The notes under the pieces are model-generated. The model did not search any database. It saw only the letters and a list, made by a program, of their open reading frames with translations, and was not told where the DNA came from. The translations under genes and the position numbers were made by a program. Shown here one piece after another: positions 17,438 to 27,319 of a stretch of 64,000 bases of DNA. Numbering within the stretch: the first letter of the stretch is position 1; every line of letters begins with the position of its first letter. The DNA comes from Sminthopsis crassicaudata (taxonomy: Eukaryota), in the NCBI RefSeq assembly GCF_048593235.1, contig NC_133619.1, positions 651,102,558-651,166,557 of the forward strand, read 5' to 3'.

Positions 17438-18892
17438 TCACAGATTCTTGAGCCACTGGAGCGAAGGACCCTCGGGATCCTGAGGATGCTTGGGGATGTC
17501 CGGCATGTTGCCATTATCTCGAACAGGAACTAGGGGTGGGAAAGAAGGAAGAAGGCTCACTGGCCTGGTCCCTCTTCCTGCCCCCTCCCCCATGCCAGGG
17601 CCCATTTTCCAGGCAGGGTACACTCACCAGGGTAGTTGTAAGGGGTCGCCTGGTTTATCATGCCTGAGTACTTGGTATAGGGGCTTAAAACAGGGAGGAT
17701 CAGAGCTGTCGGAGAGAAGGGCAGAATTAGAGTCGGGGGCCTCGGGGAACTGCAGAGCAAAAGGGAAGCTCCCCGCCCCCACCTCCAAGAGCTTCCCTTC
17801 TAGCTGGGGGAGGGGTGGGGAGTCCCAACCACCAGGTGCACAGGGAGGGGCTACAAGGGGGGCTGAGGTCAGAGACACCCCCCTTTCTCTTCTAGCAGAG
17901 GGAGGGGGGGCTGAGGTCGGTGACACCCCCTTTCTCTTCTAGCAGAGGGAGGAGGGGGCTGAGGTCAGTGACACCCCCTTTCTCTTCTAGCAGAGGGAGG
18001 AGGGGGCTGAGGTCAGAGACTCCCCCCTTTCTCTTCTAGCAGAGGGAGGAGGGGGCTGAGGTCGGTGACACCCCCTTTCTCTTCTAGCAGAGGGAGGGGG
18101 GGCTGAGGTCGGTGACACCCCCTTTCTCTTCTAGCAGAGGGAGGAGGGGGCTGAGGTCAGTGACACCCCCTTTCTCTTCTAGCAGAGGGAGGAGGGGGCT
18201 GAGGTCAGAGACTCCCCCCTTTCTCTTCTAGCAGAGGGAGGAGGGGGCTGAGGTCGGTGACACCCCCTTTCTCTTCTAGCAGAGGGAGGGGGGCTGAGGT
18301 CGGTGACACCCCCTTTCTCTTCTAGCAGAGGGAGGGGGGGCTGAGGTCAGAGACACCCCCCTTTCTCTTCTAGCAGAGGGAGGGGGGGCTGAGGTCGGTG
18401 ACACCCCCTTTCTCTTCTAGCAGAGGGAGGAGGGGGCTGAGGTCGGTGACACCCCCTTTCTCTTCCAGCAGAGGGAGGAGGGGGCTGAGGTCGGTGACAC
18501 CCCCTTTCTCTTCTAGCAGAGGGGGGGTGCTGAGGTCGGTGATACACACACACTCCCTGTTCTGCGACCTTGACCCCGGGACGCAGGGCTCACCCATGGT
18601 GCCGATGGCGAAGGACGCGGCCAGCACGGGCTCCTTGGCCCAGATGTCCTTCAGGAACCGTCCCAGTTCTGGCAGGGTAAAGAAAGACAAGAGCTTTGGC
18701 TTTAAACTCCGACCGGGCCAGACGTCACGACCCCCGACCCCTCCGTGCGTGATCCTGACCCGAACCACCTTCCTGGGGTGGCCCCAAACCCCTCTCCCCG
18801 CGCGCGACCTCGGGAGCTGTGCGCGCCGCCCGCAGACCACCCCCACCCAGACCCCCTTCCGGCCGCGGACGCCCGCACTCACGGCCTGCCAT
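17438..18892 (-). CDS. NDUFA3: NADH:ubiquinone oxidoreductase subunit A3, 84 aa
   Basis: Exons 18892-18883, 18668-18594, 17705-17628 and 17529-17438 total 255 nt. Protein: [84 protein letters not shown]. Confidence 0.97.
17861..18540. repeat. About 48-bp minisatellite, about 14 copies, in NDUFA3 intron 2
   Basis: Unit GCTGAGGTCGGTGACACCCCCTTTCTCTTCTAGCAGAGGGAGGAGGGG with minor variants; it fills most of the intron. Confidence 0.96.
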
Positions 18893-18950
18893 GTTAGCTA
18901 TTTTCCTCTCACTACTGGGGCAGCTGGGATTTGTGGCTGTGGGAGCCAAG

Positions 18951-19118
18951 GCGCATGCGTGCTGGTCCCGTTGGCTCCCCTTCTGCAGTGCGCATGTGCG
19001 CACCAGATTAGTCCTCCGCCCACTTCCCTCCGGCGTAGGTCCGAAAAGAGCATGCGCACCTGGAGTCCGCGTTCCTGGGTCGCACAGACTAGTGGAGGAG
19101 GCCCGTGCGCGCATGCGC
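18951..19118. promoter_or_regulatory. Cluster of NRF1-like sites in the NDUFA3 promoter
   Basis: GCGCATGCG at 18951, TGCGCATGTGCGCA at 18989, GCATGCGCA at 19050 and TGCGCGCATGCGC at 19106. NRF1 is an established activator of respiratory-chain subunit genes. Confidence 0.7.
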
Positions 19119-20519
19119 CTGAGCTGCTCTGGCGGTCAGTTCCTCCTCTGCAGTGACTCCCATCCATTTGACGCCGGCGGGACCTCTTCTTTGCCGCTCG
19201 GCGGCGCAGGGTGGAGACAGAGAGCCCGCGGGACCCGCCCACCTCGCGCTGGCCGAGGGGGGCTCTCCGAAGCTGGGAAATGGATGCGGGACGGTCTCGG
19301 AGGCATGACGGGCCGCCCCTTCCCACATTTCTCCAGCCCGTAAAGTCGGAAAAGTGGCTCGCGTCGTCATTCCCTTTACTGAGTCGGAAACAGGCTGTTT
19401 CTTTGCAGCGTCCCCAAGGTCGCACGCCTAAGTGCCGAAGCCGGGATGGCGCCCCGCTCGCTGGACTCGAATGTCCGAGCCGGAAAGAATAAAAGCACCC
19501 CCACCCCACCCCACCCCACCCCAGCCTATTTGCAAGTGAGGGAAGACCGGAGAAACGAGCGGGAGGGGCGCCTTTGCGCCTGCGTGCCCTGGGCAGGTGG
19601 ACAGCGGCGCGGTGCCCGCACCCGCGAGGCAGAAACCCGGGCGGGAGTCCTGGGCGACCAGCTGCATCCGGCTCCCGACTGCGGGCCCACTCTGGGCTCC
19701 GTGGGGCCGCCGCTCGCTGCCCTCTAGCGACCCCTACGGGGGGAACCTTCAGGGCCTCCTCGCTCTGGCCTGGCCTGAAGAAAGGGCGGGCGGAGCTGGC
19801 CCGAGCTGGGGGGAGGGAGCAGCGGGGTGAAGAGCTGGCCAGGCTCTGCGGGGGGGAGGGGGCCAGCGGCTTCACCCCGGAGAACCCGATGGGCCTCTGC
19901 CTGTCCGTGTATCTCCCCCTCCGGCTCGGAGTAGGTGCTTCTTCCGTGCTTATCACGGGAGACTGGACACTTTGTGCCTCCTCAAGGGCTCGTCCCCCGG
20001 AGAACCAGAGAAATGGGCGCGTCCTGGACAGGAGAGTGCGTCTGGAAGGCCTAGAAAGGACCAGAGAACCGCAGCGCCCAATCCCAGGGGAGCTTGGGGG
20101 GGGGCCTCTGGGCGCGTGCGCACCTGTGCCCATTCCTTCCCGGGCGCGTATTCGTCCGCAGAAGAGCCCGACGGCCTGGGATGTTTTGGTCATTCCCGAG
20201 TTTGCCTCTTACTGAGTAACGAAAGCACGGAGTCACTGGCCTGTGTCCGCGTTAGTGGCGCTGGCCGGCGGGGCACACGGTGGGGGGCGGGGGTCCCCAC
20301 TCCGCATGGATTTCGCTCTCAGAGTTCCTAGTCTGGACCACGGCCAATCCAGGGTCTTCACTAACTGGGAGGAGAGGGCTAAAAAAAAGGCCTTGTTCAT
20401 GGGAAGAAGAGCGCGACTTAAAATGGCCCGTGGTGAGAGGACCCAACAGACGCTGGGAGCCGGGCAGGGGAGGGACGGCCGGAGGGGGAGCGCCGGCAAT
20501 CAGCTTGGCACGGCTCCAG

Positions 20520-20900
20520 CTTCTTTTTATTTACATGGATAATTTTTCAACACTGACCCTTGCAAAACCTTGCAAATTTCCCCTCGCCAGATGGCGGGCA
20601 GTGTTAAATGCAGTACATGTACACGTATTTGTACTTACCTTGCTGCCCGAGAAAAATCGCATCCAGAAAGAAAAAAAACCGGAGCAGGAAACAATGCAAG
20701 CAAATATCCACTGAAAGTGCGACGGTGCGCTCGCAGGCCTCTGGGGGTGCGTGGTTCCTCGCCACTCCCGCCGTTCTCTGAGCAAAGGGCCGCAGGCGGC
20801 TGCTCCTGAAGCGCCAGGACTCTGCCGGGGCCAGATGAAACCGAGGGGGCTGGCCCCCAGCTTAACGCTTTTCAACTGACTGCTGGATGGGCAGCAGGCA
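20520..20900 (-). mobile_element. Old L1 3' UTR relic (GC-shifted)
   Basis: The reverse complement reads ...GGTTTTGCAAGGGTCAGTGTTGAAAAATTATCCATGTAAATAAAAAG, resembling the L1 3' ends at about 22740-22805 and 48895-48990. Confidence 0.6.
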
Positions 20901-20904
20901 CTAC

Positions 20905-21115
20905 GCTAGGTGGCAGATAAAGCGCCAAATCTGGACTCAGGAAGACCTCGGATCAAATCCAGCCTTCGGAGCTGTGTGATCCCAGGCAAGTCACTTAACC
21001 CCGGGTGCCTCAGTTTCCTCATCTGTGAAATGATCCAGCAAAGAAATGGCAAAACGCTTCCGGTACCGTTGCCAATCGTTGCCCCGAAAGGGGCCACAAA
21101 GAGTCAGGACTGAAC
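20905..21115 (+). mobile_element. MAR1-like CORE-SINE
   Basis: tRNA-like head, CORE segment CAAGTCACTTAACC...CCTCAGTTTCCTCATCTGTGAAATGA and an RTE-type tail GGACTGAACGA. Confidence 0.75.
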
Positions 21116-21419
21116 GATTGACATTTTTAGATGTGGTTTTTAAGAATAAATATTACTCCTAGGAAATGTGCAAAAGTTGCAGCTCTTAAAGAGTATACAT
21201 CACTGATTAGAAATAATCGCAAATGGCCATTGGTATGGAAAAGTCGAGCATTTCAAAGACGCCTCAAACAGGCTCAATTGTCCTAAAACACAAAAGAGCA
21301 GTTTTTTGTTTTTTTGTTTTTTTTTTTACAAGAACAGGCCAACTGATTTACTGCAAAGTAGCTTAACTAATCCTCAGGAAACAAAAGGGACCTGCTGGAG
21401 AGGATGTAATAGGTCCATC

Positions 21420-21907
21420 TGTAATGTTCTCTACATTACAATCTCTGGGAGCAGGTTTCTTGGGGGGCTTCTGGGAGCAGCCTTAGTTTCAGCTTCTTAA
21501 AGGCCTATCTCTCTCCTTGGTTCCTAGGGCTCTTGCCACTTGGCCTTTGTCTCTTCCTGCTTCAGCCTCTAGTTCCCTCTGAATCCAAAGCCTCCAGCCA
21601 GCAGAAGGGGGAAAATGGAATGAATCTGACGCCGCCTCCGAGAGTGGATTGTGGCCCTGAGAGCCTCTTGCTGTGCACTGAGTGTACTCCAATCATTCTA
21701 TCACCAGGAGACCATTATTTGTGGTAGGATTAAATCAAAGCTAAACTAGACTTAACCACAGTCTCCTCAATTCCACTCAGTGACTTGTCTCTAGTTCTGG
21801 CCCATAACATCTCCTTGTAGGGTCAGATCCATCGTGCTGAACCGCGCTAAATTAGATCATTATAGTCTCTATCAATTGCACTGCCTTAGTACCTTAGAAT
21901 GCTAACA
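21420..21907 (-). mobile_element. Solo LTR, same family as 30942-31487
   Basis: TG...CA termini, strong reverse-complement similarity to 30942-31487, and a near-TSD TCCATC/TCCACC. Confidence 0.8.
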
Positions 21908-22299
21908 TCCACCCACAGGCAAGCTTCCAGAAGTTGGAAGAACAATACTAAGGTGGGGGAGAAGAGGACAACTGCTAGTCACTGCTGTGAAGAAACGACT
22001 CTTGTGGGCAAGTTTATCTTGATTGACGAAAGTTTCTTTTTTTATCCAAAACTATTGTCAGAAGTCCAGGAAAACCTGGAAAATCCCAACATTCCTACTC
22101 ACCATTACCACCAACAGTATGAGTTAGGGTTTGTGGGCTTTGTTTTGTTTTGTTTTTCCTTAGAGTAGGCCTGGAAGTCTTGTCCCCACTGAGGGAACGA
22201 ATTCAGAAAGATACATTAAAAAGCAAAGTTGTCCCAAGATAACAGAAATTGTCCAAAGTAGATACCCCAACACAGCCTTGCACTGTGGCACAAGTTAAG

Positions 22300-22805
22300 A
22301 AATGTGCCCAATATACGAATGTGATGGAATATGATTATTCTGTAAGAAGCGATCAGCAGGATGATTTCAGAGAGGCCCGGAGAGATTACAGGAACGGATG
22401 CTGCTAAAAGAACATTGTACACAGCAACAAGGTTACGATCTACTGTGACGGACGTGGCTCTTTTCACCAGTCAGGGAATTCCGGCCAGTTCCACTAGACT
22501 TGTGGTGGAGAGGGCCTTCTGAGTGGGAACCCAGTGTGGACCCCACCACGTTTTCACTTTTTTGTTGTTGTTTGCTTGCTTGCTTTTTTCTTTCTCATTT
22601 TTTCCTTTTTGATCTGATTCTTCTTGTGTAGCATGATAAATGTGGAAATATGTTTAGGAGAATTACACAAGTTTAACCTACATTGGAATACTTTCTGTCT
22701 ATGGGGAGGCAGTTGGGGGTTAAGGGAAGGAGAAAATTTTGGAACGCAAGTTTTTACAAGGGTGAATGTTGAAAACTATCTTCGCATGTATTTTGAAAAT
22801 AAAAA
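22300..22805 (+). mobile_element. Degenerate L1 3' end
   Basis: ORF2 C-terminal remnant (GTGATGGAATATGATTATTCTGTAAGAAGCGATCAGCAGG) followed by a 3' UTR with a G-rich tract and AATAAAA. Confidence 0.75.
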
Positions 22806-22809
22806 TCTA

Positions 22810-22968
22810 GGGGGAAGCTAGGTGGTGCAGTGGATAGAGCACTAGCTCTGAAGTCAGGAGGACCTGAGTTCAAATCTGGTCTCAGACACTTAACACTTCC
22901 TAGCTGTGTGACCCTGGGCAAGTCACTTAACCTCAATTGTCTCAGCAAAAAAGAAAAAAAAGAAAAAG
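22810..22968 (+). mobile_element. Young tRNA-derived CORE-SINE
   Basis: GGGGGAAGCTAGGTGGTGCAGTGGATAGAGCAC...GAGTTCAAATC...CAAGTCACTTAAC followed by an A-rich tail. Confidence 0.9.
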
Positions 22969-24089
22969 CGATTATTAAAGTTTTTAAAAATATATCCAAG
23001 AAATGAGGGTAAACATGTTTCCATGGCCTGGAAACTCATTTGATTCAGAGCCATTGTTTTCTAGTGTTGTCACTCTAACTGTGTCCTCTTCTTGCTCCCA
23101 TTTGGGGTTTTCTTGGCAAAGATGCTGCAGCAGTTTGCCTTTTTCTTCTTCAACTTATTTTACAGATGAGGAAACTGAGTCAAAGAGAATCAGTGCCTTG
23201 CCTAGGACTACGCCACTAGTGTGTGAGATCAAATCTGAATTCACCTAGCAGTGAATGCAATTTCGCTTTGTCCACACCATGAGCCCATGCCCTCTCTTAC
23301 ACTGGTGGCCATCTTTGGCCATTGTTCAATACAACAAAGATTTATTCGATTCCTACTATGTTCCAGGCACTGTACTAAGTGCCAGGGATCCAAAAAAGAA
23401 GCAAAAGGCAGTCCCTGTTGGTCATGACTCAGAATTCCCAGCTTGTTCCAAGTTGCTTGTCTCTATTGTGTTGCTCTCATTGAACAAATGCTCCTCCTGG
23501 TTGTTTGGGATGAATCCGGTCCCTCTAAAACCTTCCTCTGCATCATTTCTTCAGGTGCGAGAGCATCACTTTGCAGTGACTTTCTAGGGTGCCCAGCCCA
23601 GCCACCCATGACCTTCCTCGCACTCCCAGAACCCCAGTTAAACTTGCACCTCCCACAAGGTGGATTCGCTCTGATTTATCCCACTGACACAAAGTTGTTT
23701 GCACGCTGTCTCCATCATTAGACTGGGAGCTCCTTGAGGACAGGGACATCTTTGACCTTTCCTTGTATCCCTGGTCCTGAACCCAGTGCCTGGCACATAG
23801 TAGGTGCTCAATAAATGCTTAGGAGCTGACTGGCACACACACACACACACACACTGTCCAGTTTCCACTTCCTTGCCGCTACATAATCAGGGACTGTAGA
23901 TATTTTTGTACATCTGGGTCCTTCTTTATTTTCTTCTGCTTGACATCTCTGATTTTACTCACCACCCTCTCTCCCCTCAAACTCAAATCCAGACTCTGTT
24001 CCAGGATCCAGGGTGAGCGTTTGCCTTCTCTTGCTGGGAACCAAGCCTCCACATCAGTTCCCTCCCCTCCCAAACCAGGTCACTTTGCC

Positions 24090-24540
24090 TCCCCTTCCCA
24101 TCTCCCTGCCGGGCGTTCCAACCCTCCTGCAGAGAGCGCAACTCCATCGGGCCGCCCACATCGTTGGAATGCCAAATGTACACTTGCCAAAAAGACTACT
24201 TTATGGAGAACCCGCACGGGCCAAGCGCTCACAAGGGAATCCAAGGACACTCTCAAGGTCTCGGGAACTTTACAATCGATTGTATGACATGGCGCGGGAG
24301 ACACTGGCACAGGACCTCCCAGCGTGGCGTGCCCTCCTCAGAAAAGGCTCTGTGCTCTATGAGCAGAGCAGAATCAAACGTAAGTTAGTCCAAACATTTG
24401 CGTGGACTTGGGGTGTCCGGCCTGTGACGGAGCCCCCCGAGCTCGTGCCGGCCCCATCAGCCAGTCGGACACGTGTAACTCGACTCTAACGTGGTGATGC
24501 CATTGTGGTGCTCTTCCAGAACGAAGGACAGCCACCACGC
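24090..24540 (+). mobile_element. RTE LINE 3' fragment
   Basis: Translation LPKRLLYGEP...TLAQDLPAWRALLRKGSVLYEQSRI is typical of the RTE ORF C-terminus, and an RTE-like 3' tail follows. Confidence 0.8.
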
Positions 24541-24629
24541 TTTCATGTGCTATCTTCCCCTATTAGAAGCGGAGGGTCTTAAAGGCAAGGTCTTTCTTTT
24601 CTGCTTCTATTTATGTCTATAGAATGAGC

Positions 24630-25213
24630 TCTCGGACTCCCTGGGAGTCCTTAAGACCCTTTCAGAAGGTCTGCCATGTCAAGATTATTTTCCTAATAAT
24701 ACTACTTTATTTTACCTACTAAAATACGCTTCTTTTTTCCAACTCCCCATCTGTGTGAGACAGGATTTTCTTCTTGCGACACGTAGCAAAACAGAAGCAG
24801 AAGCGATATGAGAATCCAACTGCCCTTTTGGAAGCCAGGCATTAAAGAGATTTGTACTGTCGTATAGCACAATAAGCACTCTTCTGCCTGGGTGTTTTTT
24901 CAATTTGGAAATTAGAGTGGGTTTTTTCTAAATCAACATGTAATGGGTTTATTATTATTTTATGTGAATTAATATAAATTATTAAATCCACTGTGTATGC
25001 TATATATATCAAATGTTAATTATTAAAAATATGTCTATTTCTATTTCTAATAGAAACTATTATTTATTATTTACTATTTATTATCCACTATTATTTACAT
25101 ATTTCTAATACGGTAAGAGAAAAAACCCCCGTTAGCCAAAAAGCTCTTTTATGTTCACAGTAATTCTTTTGAGAGTGTAAGGGGGTCCTGAGATGGAAAA
25201 GTTCGAGAACCCC
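24630..25213 (+). mobile_element. Degenerate hAT/Charlie1-type non-autonomous DNA transposon
   Basis: The left end GACTCCCTGGGAGTCCTTAAGACCCTTTCAGAAGG...TATTTTCCTAATAATACT and right end GAGTGTAAGGGGGTCCTGAGATGGAAAAGTTCGAGAACC resemble Charlie1 termini as recalled. Confidence 0.6.
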
Positions 25214-25592
25214 GGCCGAGCCTCCCCTGATGTTCTAAGGTAGTGAGCACTTAGGGTATACGCTCCCATTCATTCATTTACACCGAGAAGTTGAGCCTTG
25301 CCCAGGGTCACAAGGGGAATGCCTGAGGCGAGTCTGAAGGTAGCGCCTGCAGACCCCTGACCACCCTCTGGGCACTGGGCCACCTGCTACCAGGTGGGCA
25401 GAGGGAGGGACAGCTGAGAGGATCCTGGGAGGCGGAGAATGGGAGGGAAGCCGAGGATGCAGAGAGAAATGTGGACAGACAGACGGAGCCCGGGCCGTGG
25501 CCTGCGGGCCTGGAGGAAGGCAGAGCCCTTCTCCCCCTGCCCCTCCACCCTGCCCCACCACAAACAGAGCCCACGCCAGACGGTCTTGACCT

Positions 25593-25598
25593 TTTATT
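25593..25598 (-). terminator. Poly(A) signal of the LRC-type receptor gene
   Basis: TTTATT on the + strand, 34 nt past the stop codon at 25633. Confidence 0.75.
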
Positions 25599-25632
25599 TC
25601 ACAATCCAGAGGCAGGGCCAGGACACCGGGGC

Positions 25633-27319
25633 TCACACCCGGGCCTCCCCGGGCCCAGGCGGCTTCCTCCTGCTCCACCACCTGACCAGGGTCTTGGTCC
25701 CCAACCTTCCAAAGAACAGCAGACTCAGCCCCGCCAGGCTCAGCTGGGCCAGGCTGAAGAAGATGGCGGGAGAGATGGCGGCATCTGTGGGAACACCGGG
25801 GCTCGGCTCTCGCATCCGAGTGGGGTTCAGAGCCCACCCTGGACACAAGCGAAGCCCCGAGGGGCTCAACCCCTCTCCGAGCCCACTTCACAGTCAGGCT
25901 CAGGCCACGGCTAGGTGGTGGAGCCCAACGTCTGGAGCTCTGAAGCCAGTCCCCGATTCTCCCCCTCCCTGGGGCGGACACCAGTGGGGGAGGGGCTCTC
26001 ACCTGTCATCTCCAGCATCAGCGCCTTGCTGGGGTGAGACCAGAGGAACGGGGAGAGGGGGGAGTACCCGTAGCAATAGTAGGTGCCCACGTGGTTCTTG
26101 GTCATCGCCTGGATCCTGAAGCTGATCAGAGAGCCACTGCTGTTCATCCTCAGGAAGACCCTGCGCTCCTTGACCACTGCAAAGTGGGGGAGCCCCAGGT
26201 GGGACTGACAGAGCAGATCCGCGCTCCCGCCCTGGGCGACCACCTGGCCCGGCTGGGCCCAGAAGGCGGGCCTGGGGTACAGCCCTGCGGAGAGACAAGC
26301 GCCTGAGCTGGGGCGGCCACCGGCTAGCTGCTCTCAGGCAGGGCTCGGGAGCGGCCTTGGGGGGGCTCCGGGAAGGAGCTGGGGGGGAACTGGCCTTGTG
26401 GAGGGGGATGGGGAAGGGGCTGGGGGGGGGGCCGGCCTTGTGGAGGGGGGTGGGGAAGGGGCTGAGGGGGGGCCGGCCTTGTGGAGGGGGGTGGGGAAGG
26501 GGCTGGGGGGGGCGGCCTTGGGGAGGGGGATGGGGAAGAGGCTGGGGGGGGCCAGTCTGCGGAGCCGGCCCTGGGGAGGGGGGAAGGGGGAAAGGGCTGG
26601 GGGGGGCCAGTCTGTGGAGCCGGCCCTGGGGAGGGGCCGGAGCTCACCCGTCACCACCAGCTCCTCGGGCAGACTGGGCCGGGACCAGGAGGCCTTGTAC
26701 AGGTAGCGGCAGGTGTAGGGGCCCGCCGAGGCCTCCGAGATGTAGTCGATGAAAAAGGAGGCCTGGTTCCAGAGGAAGACGCTGTTTGGCCCCTGTTCAA
26801 CCTGGCTGCTCTGGATGCCTACCTTCTGCATCCGGAAGCGGACCGCCTGGACCGGGGCCGAGCACTGCAGGGCCACGTAGGAGCCCCTCTGGGCCAGCGG
26901 GGAGGGCTCCACAGAGAGGACCGGCCTGTTGAACCCTGGAGTGGAAGGGAGTCGGGGGGGGGGGGGGGAATCCAGAAGAGCCCCACCCCCACCCAGCCTC
27001 CCCTGAGAGGGGGAGGACCCCAGCGCGGAGGGGGCTCCAGGAGGGCCCCACCCCCACCCAGCCTCCCCTGAGAGGGGGAGGGGGAGGACCCCCTGTGCAG
27101 GGGCTGAGGACTCACCCTCCGGGGACCTCCGATTCTGGCCCAGACACAGCCCTGCAGGAGAGACCCGAAGAGTCGCTAGTGCCCGTCCGTGCCCTCGCCC
27201 AGGCCCCCTGCGCCCCCCAGCCTCTCCCCTCCCGGGACCGGGCCAATACTGCAGGGAGGGGCGTGAGCACCGGCCCAGGACTCACCGAGGCAGAGCAGCA
27301 CGCAGAAGCCGGGCCCCAT
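25633..27319 (-). CDS. LRC-family type I receptor with two C2-type Ig domains (GP6/LILR/TARM1-like), about 263 aa
   Basis: Exons: 27319-27286 (34 nt, MGPGFCVLLCLG), 27151-27116 (36-nt mini-exon), 26935-26648 (Ig1, LQC...YTC...WSRPSLPEELVVTG), 26284-26003 (Ig2, LYPRPAFWAQPG...LLC...GTYYCY...PFLWSHPSKAL) and 25784-25633 (TM plus tail). All introns are phase 1. A split 34+36-nt signal peptide is the hallmark of LRC genes. The frame is intact and there is a poly(A) signal. Orthology is not assignable by eye. Confidence 0.9.
26345..26640. repeat. G-rich tandem repeat (about 40 bp) in receptor intron 3
   Basis: Variants of GGGGGGGCCGGCCTTGTGGAGGGGGGTGGGGAAGGGGCT occur several times. Confidence 0.85.

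Noticed and set aside
18898-20193. 431-aa ORF and overlapping ORFs upstream of NDUFA3
   Set aside because: GC-rich promoter DNA with a non-ATG start, low-complexity Arg/Pro/Gly composition and no domain or splice support.
22810-22968. tRNA-like sequences here and at 33607, 38386 and 55935
   Set aside because: They are heads of tRNA-derived CORE-SINEs with core and A-tail, not tRNA genes.
25274-26002. 242-aa ORF as a long cytoplasmic tail of the LRC receptor
   Set aside because: It is in a different frame from the TM segment, lacks a hydrophobic helix and ITIMs, and runs past the poly(A) signal.
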